From Phoronis australis (taxonomy: Eukaryota; Animalia; Phoronida), in the NCBI GenBank assembly GCA_002633005.1, contig NMRA01000101.1, forward strand, positions 945,549 to 1,009,548: DNA of 64,000 nucleotides, read 5' to 3'. Shown in pieces: positions 25,194 to 36,859 of the stretch; position 1 is the first letter of the stretch, and every line of letters begins with the position of its first letter. The notes under the pieces were generated by a model. That model made no database searches, had not been told where the DNA came from, and worked only from the letters and a program-made list of their open reading frames with translations. A program made the translations under genes and the position numbers.

Positions 25194-28100
25194 TATGAAT
25201 CCAGGGAAGGTTTTACAATGCAACCATTATTTTCTTCAAATATACACCCTTGGCCTATCTGAGAAAGATGTCCATTATATACACCCATTCAGGGCCTAAC
25301 CAAAGATGGGCCTGTCTGCAGAAAACCCCATAGGGCAATATGTGTCAGTTTTGTTATAAGTGGTGGTATACACACCTTTCAGATCAGTAGTTGAACTGCA
25401 ACCAATGCCAGAGACAGTTAATTATGCTGGTAGATAAATGCCTATCAGTTGTTTAACTACCACATGAAATCAGAGCTAGAGGCACCTTAATTATGGCGGT
25501 ACATAAAATTCTATCGGTTTTTGTGACTACCTTATGAAATCAGTGCCAGCATAACCAGAAAGGGTTAAGTAACAAATCGGCGATTTTTTGTTTGCCTACT
25601 TCCGAAAGCAATTACAAAATTGTTTAACTTAGAAGAAAATAATTTATTCCACTGGAAAGAGTTGTCCTTAGGCAACAGGACGTGATCATTTTTGTTCTAT
25701 GACAAAGGTTAATGACAAAATTGTGGTTTAAAAAAGTCGACTCCAACACACGCCATCAGAAATTCCCACACACACAACAGGTATACTGTTGATGTATAGA
25801 TGGCGCTGAAGTCGACTATAGTCTCATGTAGGTCGCGTGCGCATCAGCAGCATGTGGTCCCCGGAGAGTCACTTAATGAAATAAATAGAAGCTGTTTCTG
25901 ATGCTCAATGTGGTTAACTCTCACTGGTACCTGCAGTAGCTTCTACGCCTGCTGAGGGTACCAGCACAATTGCAGCTTGTATTACATACGTTTTTACGTT
26001 TTCATGAAAATGTTATTATAAAACGGTATAATATACCAGCGTTTGAATTTAGGCTAGTTACTGTCACAACGAGAGAAATCAAGAGTTGAAATGGAACCAT
26101 GACAGCACCACTAACAGAATGCTTTTACGGGTTTTTAATAGTTTCATACAATGGCCACTAGATGGTGCACAGTACATCAAGCCTGTCCAAAAAATCACAA
26201 AGTGTTGTCGCCTCCCTAAAAGAAAACTAGAGACATATGTGAAAAAAGTAATTCGCCATTTGTTGTTAACGGGAATACTTTAATGCCAAATTTCCAAAAT
26301 ATGTCGCTAACAGTTTAGGAGACTATACAGTCGCAGATGCAAAAAATGCCAATATGAGGTAACACAATCATTAGAACGCTCTGAAAATCCAGGTGCTTTT
26401 GTAAGAAGGAACATCCTTTGAGAGGTCAAGTAGCCACCTAAAACAATACAAATAGCCAAGAGGTGCCACAAAATACGTCGAATCTACTCGAAAATCAAAA
26501 GGATCGTCATCTCTATAATAGAAACCTAATTGTCAAATTTCACGAAAAAAACATCACAGAACTGCAAAGATACATCAAGGTAAACATAAGGAATAAAAAT
26601 GCCACTAGGGGAAACAGTGGTGAACTGATTGTTTAAGTTTAACTTGATGCCAACTATTGTCAGATCCATAGAAACACATCTACCTAATTTAACAAAGATC
26701 TTGCAAAGGGATAAGGAGATATAGCTGCAGACACAAGAAGAAAACAAAATAGGTGGCGCCAATGCATGCGAGACAAAATTAAATTACTGAAGGAAGAGTG
26801 CAGTTTTTAATGACACTAAAATTACAGATTGTAGTAAATTCTTTATTTAAATGAGGACTTACACTTTATGTTGCCACATACGGCACACAGCGAAACACTA
26901 TGCCTCAAGCAAATTGGCAACAAATTACAACTCGTGCATTTTGAAATCCTTGCCACTAGAAAAAAGCTTTGTTGGCAAAAATTAGTGATAAAATAGTTAT
27001 TTGATGAAAGTGTAATGACTGCATGAAGACGACCAAAGCATTTGAAATCTCACTAAAACTTTAAGTATTTCTTTTGACATCTTGACTTGACATGATACAC
27101 ACACCTAGTGTGCTGCTAGGATAACTTCAAAAATGAAAACATAATGAAACAGTAGAGGGTCAACCATTCTTTCGGATGTGTTATTGTGGAGAAAGATTTT
27201 AGGCTCAGCTTTTACGACTGGTTTCTGTGCGATCGTCGAATAGTACTTCGCGCCAACCTGGGGTCTAATTTGCACCCTCTGACCGAGAAATCAAAACTAG
27301 GCAATGCTATAAAAAGGAGATATTACCAGACATTGAAGGTAAATTGAAGTCATTCAATTCCCAGATTTTTTGCTTCAAGCACAGGCAGATGAATTGCCCA
27401 TGACCCATAACGAGCATATGCTCCCAACTTCAACTGTCCCAAATCCAAATAAAATCTGCGTGAACCTCCCTCATTGAAAGTGACACTAAACTATGAGAAC
27501 ACATATGGGCGTGCAAAACAGAGCTTCGACAATGCCAGGTTCGGGATCATCTGTGGAAAATCAGCGGATGTATAAACGAAAGCCGTGCCATCTGCCAAAC
27601 GTCACAAAATAGCCTTCTTGAATTTGTGATTTAGGTGTTTTTTTTTTACATTTTTGTTGTCAAATCACCACTTGGAGGTAATTAAATGTGATCAAGTGAA
27701 GTGAAAGAAGGTAAATCGATTTGTTCGATGCTGATTTCGTGGAGTTACTGAGTAGAAAATTCTGAGCAAGCCGATTTTCAGTGTCCAATTTTTATATTTT
27801 ACTACACATGCAGTGAGTGATGTCAGTAGTGATCGCGAAACCGATAAACTCAAGTGGCTGCGGTTTCATCCTCAAGTAACATTTTAGAAAACATACAATT
27901 TTCAGGTCCCTGCGATTTTTAAGGCACTTTCTGCATACTCAGATCGTTCCAAACCCGTCTACGTACATCTTTGCATAAAGGCTATGGTGGTGCCAAACTT
28001 TTACCCACACCGTTCACTGCTACATGTGTTTTGACGTTCCATACACAGGTGGCTAGCTGGCTAAAAACATGCCGAGATGGTGCGTGTCGTGAATCACATC

Positions 28101-28272
28101 AGGACGTCACTCATCAGGCATCATCGTAACTATCACTCAGAGACAATCACCATCAGACATCTCTAGTTAAATTAAATTGGGTAACCCCAACATCGAAAAG
28201 AATCCTTTGTAAGCAATATTAAATTGTAACAATTGTACTCAACAAAATAATAATAACAAAACGTCAGCTTAC

Positions 28273-28320
28273 CTTTCCCCCTGCTGCTTGAACAGCTGAA
28301 GCGCAACAAAACAATCAATG
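28273..28320 (-). other. Putative non-coding first exon of the rabphilin gene
   Basis: Strong donor AAG|GTAAGC at 28273/28272, just downstream of a promoter-like motif cassette. It would splice to the acceptor at 16115. A second candidate donor (ATG|GTAAGT) lies at 28529. The 5' boundary is approximate. Confidence 0.5.
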
Positions 28321-28325
28321 TCGTT

Positions 28326-30053
28326 GTTAAAGCCCAAGTATAGATGTGCACTCCGGTTAAACTGGGTAGCCTACACGGTTCGTCCGCGCAGGCCAAGTAT
28401 AGCCAAGTCTAAGCAGTCTACCGTTGAAATTTAAATAACTGACACAGTTATAAAATTACCAAAATCGGTTTCATTTATGAGCATATAATCATTACGGAAC
28501 TGTCTGTTTGGTAGGTAGAATTACTTACCATGCTGTTTAGGAGTCAAATAAGTTGCAGTTAATTACATCGCCTCAGGCTGCTGATGTTATTGTTCTCTAG
28601 ATAATCAGACTGATCATAAACACATTGGGGCAACAATTTAATCAGTTTGAAAGTTTTTAAATAGCATATTTAAATAGTTTGTGACAAGTACATGTGATTT
28701 GATTTTTGAATTTTGATAATCGGATAAGAAATGTGGCTTTTACAACCCCAAAGTTTGAATAATGTTATCATAATATGTTCTTCATTAATTCTGGTGATTG
28801 TGGAACATCCATGTATTTGGGCCACTTATTAAACCACCAGGCAGCAGTGGAATTTCAGGTTAATGCCAAATATTGTCCTCATACATAGGCGGAAAAAAAA
28901 TAAAACAGCAAGAGCGCAGGGAAATGTTGAGTTTATTAATTAACCCAGGTAATTAAAATTATACGGATGAAACAAGATTTGAATGTGTGCAGTTTTGGTG
29001 TTTAGGGGGGGCTCAGATCCAATTTCAAGTGTCAAATTCAGAACACAGCGCATTCGTAACGGAACTATGGCTAAGTATAGGCTCTCCCGCGATATCCCAG
29101 GTGACCGGCAGTGGCGCTGCGCACTACGACCCGTTTCCGTCGTCTGCTCCGCTGTGCTATGAAGAAAATTTACTTCATTTTTTAAAGAAAATGGAACCTG
29201 AGTGACGATGAAAAAACAGAGGCTGTTGGTAAGATGTGAATTATAATCGAAGCCTTAGTGAATCACACAGAAACTGGCATAATTCTCTCCTTGTCAAATC
29301 TTAACTTAAGACGATTTCCAAAGCAATCCCGTCATTATTGCCAACACAAAAAACAGATTTGGTCTTTTGGGCATTTGGAGACTATTTTAAATACAAAAAA
29401 TTTGTTAAGAACCGATTGCACAAAATATAAAACATGTAATAAGGATTACAAAAAGAAGTAGGTTTCGTGCGCAAACGCTGTGGACCGTAAACAAGTAGGT
29501 CTCTTAGAAAGAGATTACTAGTTAAATCGTGGTGGTGTAGTGGTTAAGTATGCGCGATCTATTCGCCAGGTCGTGAGTTCGAGTCTGTAGAATGTGCATT
29601 TTTTCCTGTTTGACACGTTCCTGTTTTTTTGCTTTTTTTTCTTGGATAACACTTCAGGAATCAAGGAAAATGCTCGATTTTTAGAGGAAAAAACTGAAAA
29701 ATTTCCTGGGCGGGACCTCCCCCCATTCGGTGTTATACGCATCAACAATCGTGGTTGGCGCAAATGCTTACAGCCGGTCAAAATGTTGGGCCCCCCCTTG
29801 TGATATCCTAGATCCGCCACTGTCATACAATTCTTGACATGACAAGTGAAAAGGAATTAGAACGAGCCTCTGAAGTAACAACGAAAGAATGGCACATGAC
29901 AATTTTTTTTGCAGTCGGTTACTTTATAGCAATGGTAAATATTTGGGTTTTAACGGTACACCATCCAAATGGTTCATTTCAACTTGGGCTGCGGGGTGGA
30001 ACCGTATAGGCTGCCCAGTTTAACCGTGGCTATAAACCTACTTGGGTTTTAAC
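28326..30053. promoter_or_regulatory. Divergent (head-to-head) promoter region of rabphilin and PGAM5
   Basis: Lies between oppositely oriented 5' ends. Homologous inverted motif cassettes occur at 28326-28437 and 29940-30053, with TATAAA at 30031-30036. Confidence 0.6.
28884..29822 (+). mobile_element. MITE family A, copy 3, inside the divergent promoter region
   Basis: CATAGGCGGA...GATCCGCCACTG termini with TSD TCATA. The G/C-rich 5' palindrome is deleted. Confidence 0.9.
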
Positions 30054-30193
30054 GTCGCCTTCAAACACAACCGCTAGATAGCGCGGCTGTTTCAATCTTC
30101 CACTAGAGGTCCTCCTCAGCAGTATTTCCGGCTTTCAGCCAGTTCAGTTCAATTCAGGTGCTTACCGGTTTGTTTTCAACCTTCAAATCGACG

Positions 30194-30411
30194 ATGAGTA
30201 GCCTGAAGAACGTATTGCGTCTGGGGAAAATGCTGTGTGGTGTAGGAGTTGTTGGTGGATCTGTTTTGGTCGCAGCCACTGTGATCGATGAAGGAATGAG
30301 CCCGTCACTGTGGTCAAAAAATGTCTTTGCAGCTACTCCAGAAGTCCAGGCTCCATCCACTCATTTGCAAAAGTTTGGGCCAGGGTGTAAATGGGATTTC
30401 AATTGGGACAG
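30194..30411 (+). CDS. PGAM5: PGAM5 mitochondrial Ser/Thr phosphatase, exon 1
   Basis: MSSLKNVLRLGKMLCGVGVVGGSVLVAA is a basic plus hydrophobic membrane anchor. The exon ends in the PGAM5 WDxNWD motif (WDFNWDR). Donor AG|GTAGC. Confidence 0.92.
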
Positions 30412-31456
30412 GTAGCTTGTTTACCGCAACTTTATTTCATGAATCATTTACAAATAAGAATGTTATTGACGTGCTTCTGGTGAATCACATGACCCTTGGC
30501 TTTGTTAGCCATTCTATTATTAGTATTATGGTGCCAGTTATCAGTAGATCAATCGAATCCGCCATGAATTTTACTCCGATAAGTCTTTGGCATACCTGCA
30601 GACTGCCGTAGTTCCTACATTAGGCAATACATTGCCTGTGAATGCTGTAGTCATACTGTAGATACCTTATAAGGCCAGTTGCGAAATAACGATGTTTATC
30701 GTCTGGGGCATGCGAGGCATTTTTTAAATTCTTTTATTCTATGGTATCACCAGAAGTAGTGTCACAGACCCTTGTGACAGATGTCTGATGAATATACTTG
30801 GAGTTTAGTGTTGTTATGAGCAAGCACAATCCTCAAGCTTTAGTCTTATTACGAGGAGTTTCAGGGAAACGTGGCAGTGTTCTGCTTGATGTTTGCAGCG
30901 ACACAGCTGATATGATTCGCAGCTCCCGTATATACCTAGAGGCCATACACTCTGCTGCAAATCCATTTGATGATTGATGAATTTCCGTTCTCTATGTGCT
31001 AAAGTTTTTACTGATGCTTACAAACAGATTTTTTAAATAAAAAATCAACGTGATTCATTATTTATTCATACAAGTGCAATAAACATGTTTATTTTTTACC
31101 TGGCCTACTAGTAATGGAACTCCTCAACCAATTGATGAACAAGTATATTACTAGTAAACAATGTGCATGAAAACAGTTACGTCATTGGTCTGTCTCTATT
31201 TACTGTTAAAACATTTTTTTCTGTTTTATTTCTGACTTAGTAGATAATGGACCATATAGATTGTTGCATGATATGGGTGAAGGAAAGTCAACATTCATTT
31301 GATAAAGGTGCTTCACTTCTGATGTTCTTCATGGAAATCTATTTGTTTTTATTTTTAAAGAGAGTAACACTGATTTCAAGAATTATTGTGATGCAATGTG
31401 CACTAGTACATTGTGTATTTAATCTTAATCTTATCTTTGAATAATTTTGTTATCAG

Positions 31457-31635
31457 ACGAGAACCAAGCAGTTTATTAAAACCACCAAATAAAGAAGACG
31501 AAGTGGACAGTAATGAGTACCATGAGAAATTGAAAGGAATGAAGGCTACTGCTACCAGACATATATTGCTTGTACGCCACGGACAATATAACATTAACAA
31601 TGACAATGATGCCAAGAGAACTCTAACAAATTTAG
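31457..31635 (+). CDS. PGAM5: PGAM5 exon 2 (REPSSLL...ATRHILLVRHGQY...TLTNLG)
   Basis: Histidine-phosphatase RHG motif; junctions tatcag / G|GTAAA. Confidence 0.95.
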
Positions 31636-31977
31636 GTAAATTGACAAGGTGTTATTTGATTTACTCTTTTGCTTCTGATAATATTCTTCCTTTAGTTATT
31701 GTTTTCATTTAGGCATCCCTCAGACATTCGTGGACGTTTTGGGCATAATTAAAGTTTCTTACAATTCCAAAGTGAATTGTTGAATAGTAGTTGTACACAA
31801 CTGTTGTGACAATTTTAGGCATGGACCCAATTTTTTCTGTTGTTTACTATAATTACAATAGTAATTTTCAAGAGTTTTTGCTTCAACATTTTGTTTCATC
31901 AATATTGTTTCTAAAGTCTCTCATGTGTGCAGGTTTGTATAAAGTTTGTGACTCAATGTTGTTTTCTGTATGTGCAG

Positions 31978-32103
31978 GTATTTCTCAAGCTGTACAGACT
32001 GGAGAGCGGTTAGCTGAACTTGGTTTACCCTATAAGAGCATAGTTCATTCCACCATGACCAGAGCTACAGAAACAGCCAAAGTGATCAGTGAATCCCTGC
32101 CTG
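31978..32103 (+). CDS. PGAM5: PGAM5 exon 3 (QAVQTGERLAELGLPYKSIVHSTMTRATETA)
   Basis: Conserved S-x-M-T-R-A-x-E-T motif; junctions tgcag / G|GTATG. Confidence 0.95.
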
Positions 32104-33782
32104 GTATGATTGAATGCTGTATCACCTGAGCTTGGACGCCAGAGGAACTCATTAGCATTTTGGTGACCTTGTTGAACCTCTATTCATCAATCACTTTAAC
32201 ATCTTCTAGGCTCTCCATGTATATTTTGCTTAGTTCTCATTTTGTACCATTTCTGTTTTACTACCTATAAATTTCAGTGCTTACTTCCTCCCAGAACAAA
32301 AATCTACTTAGTTCTTGTCTTTTACGTGAGTCAAACTAACAAACTGAGGTTCTACAAGGAGTGTCATGAGTCACTCAGTTAGCCGCCATGCTAATATGAA
32401 AGAGAAACTGGTGTCATATTAATATGCGCCACTTATATACACATGTGGGACTTATTTCCATCATCTGTGTCCATGCGTCAGGCGTACACTGCCGTACCTC
32501 CTTAACCCCTTGCACGATGCCAACAAGATTTGATAGATATCTTCCTATCGAGATGACAACTAGCTTTGGACCTATCTGAGTATTTTTAAATTTGTGTCCC
32601 CTACTAGCAATTTTCTTTTCTCTCCGTTTACCTCAGTGTATTTAGAGTTCTGTGATTTTTTTCATGAAATACTGGGGTCCATTTCTGTACCTCCTAAACC
32701 CTTGCAGAATCTTAATTGAAATTTGGCAGATGCCTTTCTATGAAACTGACGACAGATGACGACGAAACTGACGACAGATGACGACAAGTCTTACATTGAT
32801 CCAGCTACTGTTGAGCTCCTTAGTGGCAATTTTACATTTTATGTTTGTTTCTGTATCAGGGCTTGGAATTTTCCTCTTTTAAGAGGATTTCCTATTTTTT
32901 TGGTTTTTATTCCCTCTTATTTGATATCCAGTTTCGTCTTTTTTCCTAACTTTTTATCACTAATTTGACTTAATTCATGCAAAACCGTTTATTTTACTTA
33001 ATAGGTTTTACAACACAAAAATATTTCTATCAAACAAGTCAATTTATTTTTGGCCTGATACATCATCTGGAAAATTTTCCTCTTTTTCTCATTGGTCATT
33101 CCAAGCCCTGCTGTATATTTGGAGATCCTTGATGGACTTTCATGAAATTTGGCTATTAATGAGACAATGACACCACATTTTCACAATTGTTTGTTAGTGT
33201 TCCTATGAAGCTGACGACAGATGAGGAAAAGTTTTGAATTGATCCGACTGTCTCAAGTGGCTATTTTAGTTTTTTACATTGCTTCAGTATCTTCCTAGTG
33301 AATTGGTAGGTTTTCATGAAATTTGACAAATAGGTTGCTATTAAGGAGGCGATCACGCCATTCCATTTTCCGAAATATTTTGCATCATCTGATGGCCATT
33401 TTTGTTCCTTTTAGTCTGTTTTTTGGCACCCACCTATCTGTTTGTCAAACTGCTTGAAGGATCATTGTCAAAATTGACATGTGTTTCTGCGGAGTAGACT
33501 ACAGCTGACATTGGTTTTCGGATGAGTCCAACTACTGTGGCACCTCCTAGTGGGAATTTTGTTTTTGTTACATCCACACCTGTATCTCTTTAACCCAGGA
33601 TCTTTGGAAAGTGCTTTCCTTGATGGATCTTCATGATATTTAGATATGTTTTTATTGATAATAGTATCTGGTAAAACTGATGTGGATTTTAGTTCAATCC
33701 TCGCTAACGCGGACTGTGAAATATTGACCATTAACAATACTGCTGATGTATTTGACAGCTGTGCTTTCCCTTGTGCTTCCAG

Positions 33783-33871
33783 GCGTTCCAATGACCACTT
33801 GTGAGTTGATAAGAGAAGGCGCCCCATATCCTCCTGAACCACCTTCTGTTAACTGGAAACCAGAAGCTAAG
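33783..33871 (+). CDS. PGAM5: PGAM5 exon 4 (VPMTTCELIREGAPYPPEPPSVNWKPEAK)
   Basis: Conserved L-x-R-E-G-A-P-x-x-P-x-P-P...W-K-P-E; junctions ttccag / AAG|GTACT. Confidence 0.95.
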
Positions 33872-34625
33872 GTACTTCCAAGTGATGTTGATGATCGATT
33901 GGACAAAACAATATTTTGCCATTTAAACTCTTCTAAAACGTTTTGTAAATTGATGCTTGGCAATCCATATTTTTGTTGCTTTTTAGGTTATTTGTATGTG
34001 CCCACATATATATATGGGCAACTAGTGGCAATTTTAGTTTTTATATTAGCCTCCATATCTGCCACATTTCTTAACAGATTTTCATGAAATTTGGTATGTA
34101 GGTTTCTGGTATGTAGACAACAACACCTTTCTATTTTCAATTGGAGTCTATGTAATCTGCCTCTCTTAGTTGCATTTTTGTAGAAGGAGATGGTGTGTCC
34201 TAGTGGGATAATTGTCCACATCTTTCACATAAGGTCATGGGTTCAAGTCCAACTCTAGTAATCTATTAGACATTCGAGTCAAGTCTCTTAAGCTCCTCAG
34301 CTTACTTTAAACTATGCATTAACATAGCATAAAAATGGTTCCAGGTGATCGGTGCAATGGGCCCACTTGAATAGTCCACGTATGCCTGGTACAATGTGTA
34401 CCAGACCAATTATTTTCCATTTTTGTTAATATTTTGAGCTTGCTTTTGGTGTCTGCATCCCTGTCTACCAAACCGCTGGAGGAATCATGAAATTTCACAG
34501 ATGTGTTCTTAATGAGATCAGCACGGCTGATGGGTCAAACTACTACGACACCCTCTAGTGGGAATTTACCTTTTTTGTATGCCTTCTTATCGACCGAATT
34601 TCTGAATAGATTTTCATGAAACTTT

Positions 34626-34996
34626 ACTGATAGGTGTCTATTGTGGTGATCCCAATGACTAGACTGATAGGTGTCTATTGTTGTGACTCCAATGACTAGA
34701 CTGATAGGTGTCTATTGTGGTGACCCCAATGACTTGACTGATAGGTGTCTATTGTGGTGACTCCAATGACTAGACTGATAGGTGTCTATTGTGGTGACCC
34801 CAATGACTAGACTGATATGTGTCTATTGTGGTGACCCCAATGACTAGACTGATATGTGTCTATTTTGGTGACCCCAATGACTAGACTGATATGTGTCTAT
34901 TTTGGTGACCCCAATGACTGGACTGATAGGTGTCTATTGTGGTGACCCCAATGACTAGACTGATAGGTGTCTATTGTGGTGATTCCAATGACTAGA
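34626..34996. repeat. 37-bp minisatellite (ACTGATAGGTGTCTATTGTGGTGACCCCAATGACTAG), about 10 copies, in PGAM5 intron 4
   Basis: Near-identical adjacent units with no spacers. Confidence 0.95.
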
Positions 34997-35648
34997 CCAC
35001 ATCATTTCATTAAGACATCTGTCCTTCTTGAAGGAATACATAATAACAATGCGCATAATAACGATGCGACTGGAATTAATATGAGAGTAACTGTAGAAAG
35101 ACACCATGAAGTTGGGTCAAACACATAGTGGGTGGTCCTACAAATGATGTATTTCAAAAGCTGGGCTCAGATTCAATAACACTAGTATTTCGCTAGAAAA
35201 GTAATGATAGCATGTGATTTTGGCAAGACTTTACTCACTGCAAGACAAGCATTGAACCTGATCTCTATTCCTGCTTTGGAAATGATGAGCTTTTGTCAAT
35301 GGTTGTAATAAGTGACAGTATTAGACTGGTGTTAGTAAGACTTGTTAAACAAAGTTAGAGATGATTCTTCAAGAACAAATTAAGATATTATAGTGAATTA
35401 TATTCTACGTGGTTCAGAAGCTTTAAAATACAGGTAACATACTGAACACTTGATTCTCATAATAAGCATTAATACTTTTTCAAACTTGCTTCTCCATTAT
35501 ACATTTGAATAATAAAATGACCAACGTTTGCTACAGTGTTCTATTGGTGTCACAGACACAGGCAAACAAGTATTCACTTTAGAATATTCTTCGTATAGTT
35601 AGGATTCTGGCTGGAGGGTAATGTTTTTCCCTGATTTTCCAATTTCAG

Positions 35649-35782
35649 CAGTTTTTTGAAGATGGTGCTCGAATTGAAGCTGGTTTCAGAAAGCACATCC
35701 ACCGAGCACCTCCATCACAGAAGGAGGACAGTTATGAGGTGATTGTGTGCCATGCAAATGTCATCAGATATTATGTGTGTAG
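35649..35782 (+). CDS. PGAM5: PGAM5 exon 5 ([20 protein letters not shown]...[15 protein letters not shown])
   Basis: EDGARIEA and CHANVIRY motifs; donor AG|GTAAG. Not in the ORF track; translated by hand. Confidence 0.95.
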
Positions 35783-36708
35783 GTAAGGAAGTAGTGTTGC
35801 TTGGCTTATATTTCTAAACATCATTTAGTTCGTCATTATCAAGTCGCAATCAACATTTGTTGTGTTTTGTGGGTTCCATGACTCTAAAACAATAACATTT
35901 GACTTCAAAAATGCTTGTAAGTTTACCGTAATTCTTGACTAATACCTCTCGAATGCACTAGAATTCCGTTGCTCACACCTTGATTATGTAGTGCTCACCA
36001 GGTACTCCGTGAGTTCCTCACAAGAAAACACTGGCTTAAGTCCCGTGCCTGTCAGTTTGCTCAGTAAACTTCTTGCAAATTCAAACCTTGATGGAAATTT
36101 AGTCCCAACCCCAATTATATGCAAGTGAACATAGTGTTCTGACATCATCAATCCAAGTGGTACAATTTAAATAATGTCTATTCCATGTGAGGTCGCAACA
36201 AAGTATTTTGTGTTCGATACTCATAATTAATGACTCAAATTTGATTCGCAACATCTCACAAACTCCTCAGTAGGGCACATTTTCTTCTCATTGTGTCTCC
36301 CGTAGTAGATTTTTATTAAGGAAGACAAAAAGGTTCAAGTCTGTAAGATAACATTTAGCAATGTGTTAGAGGGAATACATTTTGTTGGTCCCGCTCTCCA
36401 GATTGTCATAAGGTAAGGCATATTAAGCCTCTTGCATGTTTCCAAAGTTACAACAAAAGTGGCACAAATTCCCTGTCTGGTTGAATAACTTTGCTTAACA
36501 TCTATTGTAGTGCACGTGGAAATTCAGCATGTGCTATTACAATCATCAGGTGAATTCCAGCATGCTGACGCCTTGGGAATAGGACAAAAATCCATCTTGG
36601 TTCTTATGTGGTGGGGGCCTTTATTAGTTGCTGTTAGATCACAACATTGCAAGCAAGGTGAATGAGACAAGTACGTCTATGTAACTATTCTCTTGTTGTG
36701 TGTTACAG

Positions 36709-36859
36709 AGCTCTTCAACTACCTCCAGAAGCCTGGCTAAGAATGAGTCTGCACAATGGTAGTATTACTTGGTTGGTTATTCGACCCAGTGGACGTGTGG
36801 CCCTCAGAATGCTTGGTGACGTGGGCTTCATGCCAAAACACCTAATGACAACCACATAA
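36709..36859 (+). CDS. PGAM5: PGAM5 last exon ([20 protein letters not shown]...[15 protein letters not shown])
   Basis: Conserved C-terminus. Exon lengths sum to 897 nt (298 aa plus stop). Confidence 0.95.

Noticed and set aside
34188-34260. tRNA-like sequence in PGAM5 intron 4
   Set aside because: Only the B-box (GGTTCAAGTCC) is clear and no cloverleaf forms; probably a decayed SINE head.
34626-34996. 37-bp repeats of CRISPR-like length
   Set aside because: The units are directly adjacent with no unique spacers, lie in a eukaryotic intron, and no cas genes are present; this is a minisatellite.
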